The notes: a model not told the origin generated them from the sequence alone. Counted from the first letter of the stretch, positions 7,104-17,112 are shown. The stretch is 64,000 bases of DNA from a virus (IMGVR_UViG_3300025889_000070), one strand, 5' to 3'. Translations and numbers: made by a program.

Positions 7104-8234
7104 TTAAAGATTTAAATCTTTAATATTATCTTCCAGTTCCTGCCAGCAACGATTAGCAAATCCATTATAGAACCAATTATAGTTATGTTCCAGTATGGGT
7201 TTCATTTTTTCTCGCATTGCTTCACATTCATCTAAATCCATATCAGCCACACGATTTACAATGTCTGCTACCGCTTGTAATCGTTGGTCTTCGTCAACAA
7301 TGTTATCGTAGTCTTCGCTCCAGAAATCTTTAAAGGTTTTAAATCCATAACTCCGTAGATATTTTAATGCTCCACTTCCGCACAGTAGCACAAATGGCTG
7401 TTTGAGAACCATGGGTTTGAATATTTTTTCCGTTAAATGAACTCGATCAATCATTGTTTCTGCTACAACGTGTAGGAAACTTGTAGCCCAGGGCGTGTAC
7501 ACAAACTGACTCTTGTCCTTATCATGATATCTAATAGCAATTTCAGCACTGCTGTTGGTGTGTTCATCAAAACTACTAGGCATTACTGTATTACTTGGAA
7601 GGATTTCATTTATACCTCGCTGGGTATAAGGATCCTTGTCAAGTAAACTGTAAATTCCTTTGTCGGTTTCTATTAGATTTAAGAACTTGATTCTATATTT
7701 CCTTAGATCGTCAACAAGTCTAGTCGCACAAATAAATCTGTGTTCAATGGGTTTATAATCTGTGTATAACTTAATTCCATTATATAGTCTATACCAGTGT
7801 TCTGCTGCTAGCACACCATTACCAAAAAAATGTACGGGTGTACAATTATACTGGTTAAGTTGATCAATTTCCCGGGATATTTCGCTGTGTAGTACTAAAT
7901 AATTCCATTTAAAATTTGGCACCATAGTAGTTGAATCTTCTATGAACTTCTTTGTAGTCTGCCAAAATATGTCATCTAGATCATAAAATATGGGTTCAAA
8001 GCTGTGATTAACAAAATATAAAATATATTTTATATTTTCATTAAATGATATAATATTATTTAACTTTTTTAATTGTACGTACATTCTTCCGTCATTTTTC
8101 CAATGATTAACTATATGATCCTGACTACTGTCAAATCTATAATTGTTGGCAAAGATTCTGAATACACTATCATCTATATACGTTTTGTTTATAGTGTCCA
8201 GTATTTTATGATTTATATATTCTATGTCTTGCAT
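7104..8234 (-). CDS. phage protein with glycosyltransferase-like C-terminal motif
   Basis: TEKIFKPMVLKQPFVLL...LKYLRSYGFKTFKDFWSEDYD, reminiscent of the GT10-like SEK motif family. Confidence 0.55.
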   Translation of the reverse strand: MQDIEYINHKILDTINKTYIDDSVFRIFANNYRFDSSQDHIVNHWKNDGRMYVQLKKLNNIISFNENIKYILYFVNHSFEPIFYDLDDIFWQTTKKFIEDSTTMVPNFKWNYLVLHSEISREIDQLNQYNCTPVHFFGNGVLAAEHWYRLYNGIKLYTDYKPIEHRFICATRLVDDLRKYRIKFLNLIETDKGIYSLLDKDPYTQRGINEILPSNTVMPSSFDEHTNSSAEIAIRYHDKDKSQFVYTPWATSFLHVVAETMIDRVHLTEKIFKPMVLKQPFVLLCGSGALKYLRSYGFKTFKDFWSEDYDNIVDEDQRLQAVADIVNRVADMDLDECEAMREKMKPILEHNYNWFYNGFANRCWQELEDNIKDLNL

Positions 8235-8249
8235 TGTATAAGTATTAAT

Positions 8250-9143
8250 ATGCGTATATTATCCAATAATGAATGGGATCCACTAAAAAATGTTATTGTT
8301 GGTTCAGCAAACTTTGCAAATTGGCCTGTTAGTTGTCCTGATTTTAGAAAGCAGGAACAAACAACAACCTGGAAAGAAACACCATTGCCATCAGGTCCTG
8401 TAAGAGATACTATTATACAGGAAGCCAACCAGGATTTACAATACTTATCTGATGCTTTAACCAGTTTGGGAATAACAGTATACAGGCCCAGCGATATAGA
8501 CTTTCAAGACCGAGATGGTTTTTATAACTATTGCCCCAGGGACAGATTACTCATAGTGGGAGATACCATAATTGATGCTCCCATGGCCTATGCTTGCAGA
8601 GATCTGGAACGTGAAGCATACGACTTTTTACCTGATAATTGGATAAAGCCCATGGGTCGCTGGGATGCTGCTAACGTTTGTAGGTTAAACGATGATCTTC
8701 TGTATCTCGTAAGTGAAAGTGGAGATCTAGCAGGCTATAAATGGTTGCGTGATTTTTTTCCTAGCAAAAGAGTTCATCTGGTGGAGTGCTACAGTGGTGT
8801 TCATATTGACAGCACCATCGTTCCAGTTAGGGAAGGACTGGTTGTCCTAAACGCTCTACGTATTACAGAAGACACTGTTCCAGTGCCACTTAAAAACTGG
8901 GACAAGATCTGGATACACGAACCTACTTATCAACCTTTTGTTGATTATCCATATGCTAGTAACTGGATAGGTATAAACTTTTTAGTAGTAGATCCCAGCA
9001 GCGTGATTTGCGATCCCAAACAGGAGTATTTAAGACATCAATTAGATAAGTATAATGTAGATAGTTGGGGAATAGACTTAAGGCATAGTAGAACACTGGG
9101 TGGCGGACATCATTGTGTAACACTGGACCTACACCGCGAATAA
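8250..9143 (+). CDS. Amidinotransferase (glycine/inosamine-phosphate amidinotransferase family)
   Basis: NEWDPLKNVIVG, YCPRD, DAAN, HIDST, GGGHHC: catalytic Asp, His and Cys present; start moved to ATG 8250. Confidence 0.9.
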   Translation: MRILSNNEWDPLKNVIVGSANFANWPVSCPDFRKQEQTTTWKETPLPSGPVRDTIIQEANQDLQYLSDALTSLGITVYRPSDIDFQDRDGFYNYCPRDRLLIVGDTIIDAPMAYACRDLEREAYDFLPDNWIKPMGRWDAANVCRLNDDLLYLVSESGDLAGYKWLRDFFPSKRVHLVECYSGVHIDSTIVPVREGLVVLNALRITEDTVPVPLKNWDKIWIHEPTYQPFVDYPYASNWIGINFLVVDPSSVICDPKQEYLRHQLDKYNVDSWGIDLRHSRTLGGGHHCVTLDLHRE

Positions 9144-9165
9144 ATAATAATAAAGGGTTAGAGTA

Positions 9166-9852
9166 TTGGATACAATAGAATATTTTTTAAACAACATTAA
9201 CATTAGCGTGTTCAATAAAAGCAGCCAAGTTAAAGCAAAAACTTTTACAGATCTTTTTAGCGTAGATCACAGACCAGAGCTAAAAAATACCTATCTAGTA
9301 ATAGGTAAAAACATTGTTAGCCATGGATTACAACAACTTGGGTTTGATGTTACCATAGCAGCTGGAATAGACAAATCTTTTTCGGTAGAGGACGCCGTAA
9401 ATACAGGAAAAACCTGGGATTATGTTATTGCGCCGGACGAATACTTTGTAAACTTTCAATCAGAACGTGAACAGGTAGATCATATTTTTAAACTTTGTAA
9501 CCTAGCAAGCAAGGGTCTATTTACAACGCTAAAAGATTATAAGAACATGCATGTTAGTCAAAGATTTTTCCAGGATCCTTTTGAAGTAAAACAAGATGAC
9601 GGCAACAGTGTTATTATTAGAAAGCGTGACTGGAATAGCAATGATAAACAACAGTGGACACAACGAGATTATATTATCAAGAATAATGAATTAATTATTA
9701 GTGATCCAGTTCAATGCAGAACAATGTATTTTAAACAGCTAGCAAAGTTTAGTCATGATGCTGGCGCTAAGACATTTCAAGTAGAAAAGAAGCAGATGTA
9801 TAAACCACTTTTTAGTAAAACCTTTGAGTATATAGTATACATAAGCTTCTAA
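9166..9852 (+). CDS. hypothetical protein (possible degenerate methyltransferase fold)
   Basis: 228-aa ORF after ATAAATA (9140); WDYVIAPDEYF weakly motif-like. Confidence 0.6.
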   Translation: MDTIEYFLNNINISVFNKSSQVKAKTFTDLFSVDHRPELKNTYLVIGKNIVSHGLQQLGFDVTIAAGIDKSFSVEDAVNTGKTWDYVIAPDEYFVNFQSEREQVDHIFKLCNLASKGLFTTLKDYKNMHVSQRFFQDPFEVKQDDGNSVIIRKRDWNSNDKQQWTQRDYIIKNNELIISDPVQCRTMYFKQLAKFSHDAGAKTFQVEKKQMYKPLFSKTFEYIVYISF

Positions 9853-9866
9853 ACAAGGAGCAATCA

Positions 9867-10829
9867 ATGAGCGCACAAGCAGCGTTTAAAGACAGTTTAG
9901 ATGAACAAGTTAACAACCTACTAGAAAGTTATGTAAAGGATGTTGTTAATCGTAACTTTTACCTGATTAACAAACACTTAACAGAGCGTATTGATCAGGT
10001 TTTAAAAGCAAGTATTAGTGAAAAAATAACGGACTGGGAATTTCCTGAGTGTAGTATACCCAGCACCAGTATTAATTGGCAGGATTTTCGTCTTTCTACT
10101 TCAGCAATTCAAGGATATAAAAACCTAACCGGAGTAGAGGATTTAAGTAATAGTGTAGAACTTACTATTCTTGACGGTGCTGTTGTTGCAGAAAACAGTA
10201 TAGTTACAAAACATGTTAGCACTGACAGTTTAGAGGTTGCTAGTGAACTAAAGCTCAGTGACCTTACATTTAACAGTTTAAGAGATAGAATAGTTAATAC
10301 TATTAATATTCCTGAAATTCCTAAAATTCCTGAACAAAAGGACTGGAGTTTTAAAATAGCTGAACTAGATGCTAAAATAGAAGTTAATCAAAGTCGTCAA
10401 GAGCATCTTAGGCAACTAGAAGTAAGCGGAGAAGCACTACTCAGCGATGTACTTTATACTACACCTGGCAACAAACGTGTGGGAATAAACACTTTAGACC
10501 CCAGTGATGCTTTAACTGTCTGGGATCAGGAAGTTGAAGTAGTAGTTGGCAAGCATGCTAATCAACAGGGATATGTGGGTACAAGACGCAGACAGGATCT
10601 AAATATAGGCGCCAATAATAAAGTAGGTATTGTCATAACCAGCGATGGTAATGTTAGGATAGATAAACTTAGGTTAATGGGTAGAACAATTTCTGAAAGT
10701 GACAGTGTTCCAGGGTTTGCTGCTAAGACTGGAGACATTGTTTTAAACAGCAAACCAAAACCAGGAGCATACATTGGCTGGATTTGCTTGGATGGTATAA
10801 AGTGGTCAGGGTTTGGAAAAATAGAGTAA
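9867..10829 (+). CDS. probable virion/tail-associated protein
   Basis: RVGINTLDPSDALTV tail-type repeat; C-terminal GDIVLNSKP...YIGWIC...WSGFG motif; AGGAG SD. Confidence 0.6.
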   Translation: MSAQAAFKDSLDEQVNNLLESYVKDVVNRNFYLINKHLTERIDQVLKASISEKITDWEFPECSIPSTSINWQDFRLSTSAIQGYKNLTGVEDLSNSVELTILDGAVVAENSIVTKHVSTDSLEVASELKLSDLTFNSLRDRIVNTINIPEIPKIPEQKDWSFKIAELDAKIEVNQSRQEHLRQLEVSGEALLSDVLYTTPGNKRVGINTLDPSDALTVWDQEVEVVVGKHANQQGYVGTRRRQDLNIGANNKVGIVITSDGNVRIDKLRLMGRTISESDSVPGFAAKTGDIVLNSKPKPGAYIGWICLDGIKWSGFGKIE

Positions 10830-11488
10830 TGAGTGTGGCATTTTGCATAGGTAATGGCGAGTCTAGGCAGGGTTATAACGTCGATAATCTAGCACAGTAT
10901 GGCAAAGTTTATGCTGCTAATGCTTTCCACCGAGACTTTACACCACATTATTTAATTTGTTGTGATCAAAGAATGGTAGACGAGGCACTGCTGAATAAAA
11001 ACTATTTTGGTCCTATCTTTACTAGGAAAAAATGGATAAGCAGATATTCAAGTCCAAGAGTAAAAGCATTACCAGATTTTAGCTGGAAGGAAGATCAAAA
11101 ATGGCAACAAAGTTTTCACTGGGGCAGCGGCTTACATGGCGTTCATCTAGCATGTAAACAAAAAAGCAAAGTTATAGTTTGTGTTGGTCATGATTTATAT
11201 GGCATAAAAGGAAAACACAACAATATTTACAAAAGCACAAATAATTATTTAAATGAGACTGAGCCAGCGGTTGATCCTAGCTTTTGGATAAAACAGTTCT
11301 TGCTATTATTTCAGGAATTTCCAGACATTCAGTTCTATATGTGTCAAACAAATGCTAGCACCTGGTTTATACCAGAAAATTGGCCTAATCAGATAGTAAC
11401 AAATATTAGCCCTAGTTGTTTTCAGATTAGGCGTAATGTATATATTCATGAATTAAGTGAGATACAAAATGAGCTTTCTAGGACCTAA
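10829..11488 (+). CDS. DUF115/Maf-like or sialyltransferase-like fold protein
   Basis: AFCIGNGESR, YAANA, LICCD, WGSG, VCVGHDL motifs. Confidence 0.55.
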   Translation: MSVAFCIGNGESRQGYNVDNLAQYGKVYAANAFHRDFTPHYLICCDQRMVDEALLNKNYFGPIFTRKKWISRYSSPRVKALPDFSWKEDQKWQQSFHWGSGLHGVHLACKQKSKVIVCVGHDLYGIKGKHNNIYKSTNNYLNETEPAVDPSFWIKQFLLLFQEFPDIQFYMCQTNASTWFIPENWPNQIVTNISPSCFQIRRNVYIHELSEIQNELSRT

Positions 11489-11924
11489 TGGACAAATACT
11501 TATAAGCCACAGAGGCAATATTTCTGGCAGAATTATTGACCAGGAAAATGATCCTGCATACATTCAAACTGCTCTAGATCAGGGGTATGAAGTAGAAATA
11601 GATGTATGGGTTAAAGAAGACACCAGTGGTATATTTCTAGGTCATGATGCACCGGAACATTTTGTAAAAATAGATTTTGTTAGACAACCAGGTCTATGGT
11701 GTCATGCCAAAAACTTTTTAGCATTAAACAATTTACTAAGTTTAAATGTTCAGTGTTTTTATCACAGCAATGATAATTACACTCTTACCAGCACAGGATG
11801 GATCTGGGCATATCCTGGCCAGCCAGGAAATAAAAGAAGTATAGCAGTAATGCCAGAATGGTACGATACTGACGTAACTAAATTTGGCGGCATATGCAGC
11901 GATGTGATTGAGAAATATAAATGA
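11469..11924 (+). CDS. Glycerophosphodiester phosphodiesterase-like (PLC-like) small protein
   Basis: LISHRGN...GYEVEIDVW...LGHD...LWCHAKN. Confidence 0.7.
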   Translation: MSFLGPNGQILISHRGNISGRIIDQENDPAYIQTALDQGYEVEIDVWVKEDTSGIFLGHDAPEHFVKIDFVRQPGLWCHAKNFLALNNLLSLNVQCFYHSNDNYTLTSTGWIWAYPGQPGNKRSIAVMPEWYDTDVTKFGGICSDVIEKYK

Positions 11925-13294
11925 CTGTTAAACTTGTAGTATTTGATTTAGATGGTGTGCTTATTGATAGCAAGCAAATACATTTTGAAGCTCTCAACCG
12001 CGCTCTAGGTACTGAATATGCTATAAACATTGAAGAGCATTTAAGCACCTACGATGGATTACCTACACGAACAAAACTAAATATGTTAACAGAACGTCGT
12101 GGCTTGCCCACTGATAGACATGCTGACATAGCTAGAGCCAAACAACGTGCTACAGTTGAAATTCTTAAAGAAACAATAACGCCTAGATCTGATTTTATTG
12201 ATATGTGTAGAGAACTTAAAGATCGTGGCTATATGTTAGCTTGTGCTAGTAATGCTGTTAGAGATACTGTTAAAATGAGTTTACTACAACTGGGTTTAGT
12301 AGAGTATTTTGATTTCTGGTACAGCAATGAAGATGTGGCACTGGGGAAGCCACACTTTGAAATGTATTTCAAATGTATGCTTAAAGCAAACGCAAAGCCC
12401 AGTGAGACACTTATTATAGAAGATAGTCATATTGGCAGACAGGCTGTGCTAGATGCTGGTTGTCATCTACTAGCAGTGGTAGATACACAGGATGTTTATT
12501 TAAGCAAAGTACTGGATAAAATAGAGGAAGTTGACACAGCCCCCAAACATAGTATACCATGGAAGAGTAAATCAATGAACGTATTAATACCCATGGCCGG
12601 AGCAGGCAGTAGATTTGCCGAAGCTGGCTACACATTTCCAAAACCTCTTATTGAGGTAGGCAACAAGCCTATGATTCAAGTTGTAGTAGACAACTTGAAT
12701 ATAGATGCACATCATATTTTTATAGTGCAGGAAGAGCATTACGAAAAGTATAATTTAGAAACAGTTCTTAATTTAATCAAGCCAGATTGCACTATAGTTA
12801 AAGTAAATGGTATAACAGAAGGCGCTGCCTGCACAACACTACTAGCAAGGGAGTATATCGACAATGAAGAGCCACTGGTTATCGCAAACTCAGACCAATT
12901 CGTGGAATGGAACTCAAATGAAGTCCTCTACGCTTTTAGTACTGAAGGAGTGGGCGGAGGCATACTCACTTTTGAAAGCACACACCCAAAATGGAGTTAC
13001 GCTAAAACAGATGAAAACGGATGGGTTACTGAAGTTGCTGAAAAACAGCCTATTAGCAACAATGCCACTGTTGGCGTCTATTATTATGCACATGGCTGTG
13101 ATTATGTTGCTAGCGCAAATAGGATGATAGAAAAAGACATACGTACCAACAATGAGTTTTATGTATGTCCTGTGTATAACCAGTTTATAGAAACTGGTGG
13201 AAAAGTTAGAATAAAACAAATAAATCGTATGTGGGGACTAGGTACGCCAGAAGATTTAACTAACTTCATGGCTAACTATACAGGAGCATACTAA
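11921..13294 (+). CDS. HAD phosphatase fused to NDP-sugar/polyol nucleotidyltransferase
   Basis: VFDLDGVLIDS, GKP, IIEDS (HAD); LIPMAGAGSRF...PKPLI, ANSDQ, GLGTPEDL (NTP transferase). Confidence 0.9.
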   Translation: MTVKLVVFDLDGVLIDSKQIHFEALNRALGTEYAINIEEHLSTYDGLPTRTKLNMLTERRGLPTDRHADIARAKQRATVEILKETITPRSDFIDMCRELKDRGYMLACASNAVRDTVKMSLLQLGLVEYFDFWYSNEDVALGKPHFEMYFKCMLKANAKPSETLIIEDSHIGRQAVLDAGCHLLAVVDTQDVYLSKVLDKIEEVDTAPKHSIPWKSKSMNVLIPMAGAGSRFAEAGYTFPKPLIEVGNKPMIQVVVDNLNIDAHHIFIVQEEHYEKYNLETVLNLIKPDCTIVKVNGITEGAACTTLLAREYIDNEEPLVIANSDQFVEWNSNEVLYAFSTEGVGGGILTFESTHPKWSYAKTDENGWVTEVAEKQPISNNATVGVYYYAHGCDYVASANRMIEKDIRTNNEFYVCPVYNQFIETGGKVRIKQINRMWGLGTPEDLTNFMANYTGAY

Positions 13295-13674
13295 TGTCAA
13301 TTTATACGAATAAATACACAGTCACAGGAAAAATGATAGCAGACTTTGGCAGCGCCACTGGAGATATGAATCCAGTTCATTTTGATGAAAGTTATGCTGC
13401 TAAAACCAGATTTAAGAAACCAATAGCACACGGCATGCTCACAGCCGGATTAATTAGCGCAAGTTTGGTAGATTGCTTTGGTGAAGGCACAATCTACGTT
13501 AGCCAACAACTAAATTTTAAAGCACCAGTTTACTACAAGGATGAAGTAGACATTGTCTTTGAAGATATTACAGAAATTACTAATTCTAGTAAAGTGAGTT
13601 TTACAGCAAAAGCATTTGTAGGCGACACTCTAATTCTAGAAGGTACAGGCACAGTTATTCCAGGCGATAGATGA
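13294..13674 (+). CDS. MaoC/PhaJ-type (R)-enoyl-CoA hydratase (hotdog fold)
   Basis: GDMNPVHFDESYAAKTRFKKPIAHGML; FKAPVY. Confidence 0.9.
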   Translation: MSIYTNKYTVTGKMIADFGSATGDMNPVHFDESYAAKTRFKKPIAHGMLTAGLISASLVDCFGEGTIYVSQQLNFKAPVYYKDEVDIVFEDITEITNSSKVSFTAKAFVGDTLILEGTGTVIPGDR

Positions 13675-13865
13675 ATACTATTGATAAAATTACCAATAGT
13701 CGCAAGCCTAAATTAGTAGTAAACAAAAGAGGTTAATATATTTGTATTTTTATATTAAAATATAAAAATGTTTGTATTTTTATATTAAAATATAAAAATG
13801 TAGTTGAAGGCTGGGCCCTAATAATTAAGGGTAATCCTCACATGGTGGTTGACACAACTCACTAG
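13671..13865 (+). pseudogene. Possible pseudogene with in-frame TAA and a 30-bp tandem duplication
   Basis: ATGA-coupled start; MNTIDK...NKRG*YICIFILKYKNV(CIFILKYKNV)VEGWALIIKG...*. Confidence 0.35.
13741..13800. repeat. Exact 2 x 30-bp tandem repeat, each unit holding an 11-bp inverted repeat
   Basis: TTTGTATTTTTATATTAAAATATAAAAATG x2; ATTTTTATATT-AA-AATATAAAAAT. Confidence 0.95.
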
Positions 13866-13876
13866 TATGTTACAAT
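13849..13876 (+). promoter_or_regulatory. sigma70-like promoter
   Basis: TTGACA-N16-TACAAT with extended TG, directly upstream of uvsE. Confidence 0.7.
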
Positions 13877-13882
13877 TAATAC

Positions 13883-14935
13883 ATGAGAATAGGATTCGCA
13901 TGTAAGTATTTTCATCCAGATCGCAGTCTTAAGAAGAAGCTTCTGGAAGAAATCGAACGGCCGTTAAATGAACGGTCAACTACAATTACCTGGTTAAACA
14001 GACAGACACAGGATGTAGCAGAGCAACGTCTCTGGGATATCATGGTGCATAATATCCAGGGGATAGAAAATTTAGTTAAATACGTGGGGAGTTTACCAGA
14101 TGATTTACGCATGGTCCGCATTGGAAGTAATATCCTTCCTGCTTATACTGAGCCTAACTGGCGTTACTATTGGCAAGAACCTAGTGTTCAGAGGTATTGT
14201 GAATCCCAGTTTGCTCGCGTGGGTGAACTCGCAAGGAGTCTTGATGTTCGCCTCAGTTTTCACCCTGGTCAGTTTGTTGTTTTGGCAAGTGATAAGCCTG
14301 ATGTTGTAGATAGGAGCATTGAAGAATTTGAATATCACACGGACATGGCCCGTTGGATGGGTTTTGGCAAACGTTTTCAGGACTTCAAGATCAATGTCCA
14401 CATCGCGGGTAGAGCCGGTCCAGCCGGTATACAAAGCGCACTTAGAAGACTCTCGCCTGAAGCAAGGAACACCATTACCATTGAAAACGACGAAATCAGC
14501 TGGGGAGTCGACGCAAGCCTCCAGCTTGAAAAAGATCTCGCTTTGGTGCTAGATATTCATCACCATTGGTGTCATAGTGGAGGAGAATACATAAATGCAG
14601 ATGACGATCGTGTTAAGCGTATTATTAATAGTTGGAGGGGTGTGCGCCCTGTTATTCATTATAGTGTTAGCCGTGAAACGCATACAGAAGGACATAGACG
14701 AGATGTGCGACCTGATTATACGGCACTCGAATCAGCTGGATTAAAACGCGGTAAACTCAGAGCACACAGTAATACATACTGGAACGATGCGTGTAATGAG
14801 TGGGCATGGCAGTTTACTGAGGATTTTGACATTATGTGCGAAAGTAAATACAAGCAAGTAGCAAGCATTGACTTCTACAATCGCATGACAGGAAATACAG
14901 TAGATGCCACACATAGGGATCATAGGCGCAGGTAA
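13883..14935 (+). CDS. uvsE: UV DNA damage endonuclease (UvsE/UvdE)
   Basis: RIGFACK, RLSFHPGQF, INVHI, TIENDE, VLDIHHHW, IHYS, RAHS, DIMCESK. Confidence 0.92.
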   Translation: MRIGFACKYFHPDRSLKKKLLEEIERPLNERSTTITWLNRQTQDVAEQRLWDIMVHNIQGIENLVKYVGSLPDDLRMVRIGSNILPAYTEPNWRYYWQEPSVQRYCESQFARVGELARSLDVRLSFHPGQFVVLASDKPDVVDRSIEEFEYHTDMARWMGFGKRFQDFKINVHIAGRAGPAGIQSALRRLSPEARNTITIENDEISWGVDASLQLEKDLALVLDIHHHWCHSGGEYINADDDRVKRIINSWRGVRPVIHYSVSRETHTEGHRRDVRPDYTALESAGLKRGKLRAHSNTYWNDACNEWAWQFTEDFDIMCESKYKQVASIDFYNRMTGNTVDATHRDHRRR

Positions 14936-15932
14936 TATTGGTTCAACAATCTACGCTTATTTAAAAAAGAAATATAAAAATATAGCCATTGCTGATCAGA
15001 GAACTGGTAATAACATAGAACTTGTAAATTTTAGCAATACCAAGGAACTAACCCAGTTCATTGCTGATAAAGATTTAATTATTAATGCTGGTCCTTATCA
15101 CTATAATCGCAATATAGTAGATATTTGTTTTCATAAAAACATTGCTTATTTTGACTTAACAGAAGACGTAGAAGTTACAAATTACATTAAGAGTTTTGAC
15201 TATCAATCTGCTTTACTTGCGCCACAATGTGGATTAGCGCCTGGTGCAATAAACATTATTGCTAGTGATCTAGCTAGCAAACTAGATGAAGTGTACAAGT
15301 TAAAATTAAGAGTAGGAGCTCTGCCTAGATTTGTTAGCAATGAGATGAGCTATTACTTGACCTGGAGCACTGAAGGTCTTATTAATGAATATTGTAATCC
15401 ATGTGACACATTATATCAGGGTAAGCTGGTTAAAGCTCAACCACTTGACGGCTTAGAAAACATTTTTATAGATGGAATACAGTACGAAGCATTTAATACC
15501 AGTGGCGGTGTTGCTACTATGTGTGAAACATATGCCGACAAAGTACAGGATCTTAATTACAAAACCATAAGATATCCTGGTCACTGTGAAAAAATGAAGT
15601 TTTTGCTTAATGACTTAAACTTAAAATCCAACAAAAAAACATTTGTAGATTTATTTAATCAAGATGTGCCATATACAACTGACGATGTTGTTGTCATATT
15701 CGTAAGTGCTCAGGGTAAAATTGGTGACAGATTACAAGAACTCACGTATACTCAAAAGGTATACGGGGATAGTGATTATAGTGCTATTCAAAAAACAACT
15801 GCTGGTGGTGTTTGTAGTATTGTAAACTTATATGTTGATGATAAAATTCAACAAACTGGATTTTTAAATCAAGAAAATGTAAGTTTTGCAGACTTTACTA
15901 GCAATACATATGGAAGCATATATTCAATTTAA
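14904..15932 (+). CDS. Saccharopine dehydrogenase / lysine 6-dehydrogenase family oxidoreductase
   Basis: GAGNIG Rossmann motif, YFDLTED, CGLAPG, RVGALP, WSTEGLINEY, TIRYPGH. Confidence 0.88.
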   Translation: MPHIGIIGAGNIGSTIYAYLKKKYKNIAIADQRTGNNIELVNFSNTKELTQFIADKDLIINAGPYHYNRNIVDICFHKNIAYFDLTEDVEVTNYIKSFDYQSALLAPQCGLAPGAINIIASDLASKLDEVYKLKLRVGALPRFVSNEMSYYLTWSTEGLINEYCNPCDTLYQGKLVKAQPLDGLENIFIDGIQYEAFNTSGGVATMCETYADKVQDLNYKTIRYPGHCEKMKFLLNDLNLKSNKKTFVDLFNQDVPYTTDDVVVIFVSAQGKIGDRLQELTYTQKVYGDSDYSAIQKTTAGGVCSIVNLYVDDKIQQTGFLNQENVSFADFTSNTYGSIYSI

Positions 15933-16032
15933 AAAGTTAATTTAAATCAAACAAGTATTACAAGCAGACAAAGAGCATTAACGTTAATTATTATACTGAG
16001 ATGCCTTTAGCACAGGGCGTTAAATTTGATTT

Positions 16033-17109
16033 TTAAAGTAAATTAATCTGCCTTTGATTAAAGTCTGAATCACTCCAGCAATACTGGTAACAACAAGACT
16101 CGTCTGAAGTTTGTATTTTGTAGACATCTAGATGTTTTGATAATAGAAACTGCACAGTATTAGCTACATCAGTTTTAAAACTCTTGTTTAAATTAACTTG
16201 TGCTACCAATGGATGCCCGATAGTTAACGCTGGGTCTTCAGGATCCCAGCCATGTTTTTTAAGCCACACAACAAATTTATCGATTTCCCCTTGGTGCCAG
16301 GGATGGCCTTTGCTAGACTTACTCCAACTAATATCAAAATCTGCACTTGCTTCTATCTGTGGGCGCAAGGACGTGGTTACTAATTCATTAATGTTAACAT
16401 CGCCTTCGTCTTTGAACACTTCCCAATGAGTTTTGCTTACTGATTTGTTAACACCAACGTAAACTTCTCCCAGGCTTCTGTGCAAGGTGTTTACTCCAAA
16501 TAACTCGTAATCTTTTTCTGGATCTAGTTTAAACCTTGGTGTGTTTAAGAAACAAAATAACTGATTATACTGTACCCATTCTGGAGCGTATTGTCTTTTC
16601 CTTTCTGACAAGACAAAACTTTCAAGTTCGTGACACAATAAATTTAATTTTCTTATGCAGAGTTTAATTCTAGGATCAGCTAACTTGTAGTAAGAGCTTA
16701 TGTTTCTGCTATGTCCTTGTAAGTCTTCAAAATATCTATGAAGCCAATTTGTTTTGTCATGTATTAACTTATGTCCCGGCTTGTTATAACCAACTTCCCC
16801 CTCAGTAATAACTAACTCTGGCAAAAATTTATCGTCTATAAAATAGGGAGTTATTCCTCGACTTTGCCAATCAAAACAGTTTATTTGTGATATACAGTCA
16901 TTAATTTCACTACAAATATATTCTAAATTGCGATCCTCAAAACCCATCCAGTGATAGTTTTTTTCTAAATGAAGTCCGCTTTTCAGTGTAGTATTTAAGT
17001 GTGTTAACCATTTCTCACTAAGCGAATTATCTACAACGTCAATGTATACATTGTGCAGTTCACCAATTTTATTTCTAAGAGATATTGTAATTTGATCTAG
17101 TATTTTCAT
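16033..17109 (-). CDS. conserved hypothetical phage protein
   Basis: 358-aa ORF (LNLLCHELE, GKxHWEVFxDE-like). Confidence 0.75.
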   Translation of the reverse strand: MKILDQITISLRNKIGELHNVYIDVVDNSLSEKWLTHLNTTLKSGLHLEKNYHWMGFEDRNLEYICSEINDCISQINCFDWQSRGITPYFIDDKFLPELVITEGEVGYNKPGHKLIHDKTNWLHRYFEDLQGHSRNISSYYKLADPRIKLCIRKLNLLCHELESFVLSERKRQYAPEWVQYNQLFCFLNTPRFKLDPEKDYELFGVNTLHRSLGEVYVGVNKSVSKTHWEVFKDEGDVNINELVTTSLRPQIEASADFDISWSKSSKGHPWHQGEIDKFVVWLKKHGWDPEDPALTIGHPLVAQVNLNKSFKTDVANTVQFLLSKHLDVYKIQTSDESCCYQYCWSDSDFNQRQINLL

Positions 17110-17112
17110 TTT

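Noticed and set aside
8073-8249. N-terminal extension of the amidinotransferase in the track
   Set aside because: It overlaps the divergent 7104..8234 gene; family homology starts at the ATG at 8250.
13671-13865. Genome-wide stop-codon reassignment
   Set aside because: Long conserved genes terminate correctly at TAA, TAG and TGA under code 11, and no suppressor tRNA is seen; the isolated in-frame TAAs are better explained as nonsense mutations.
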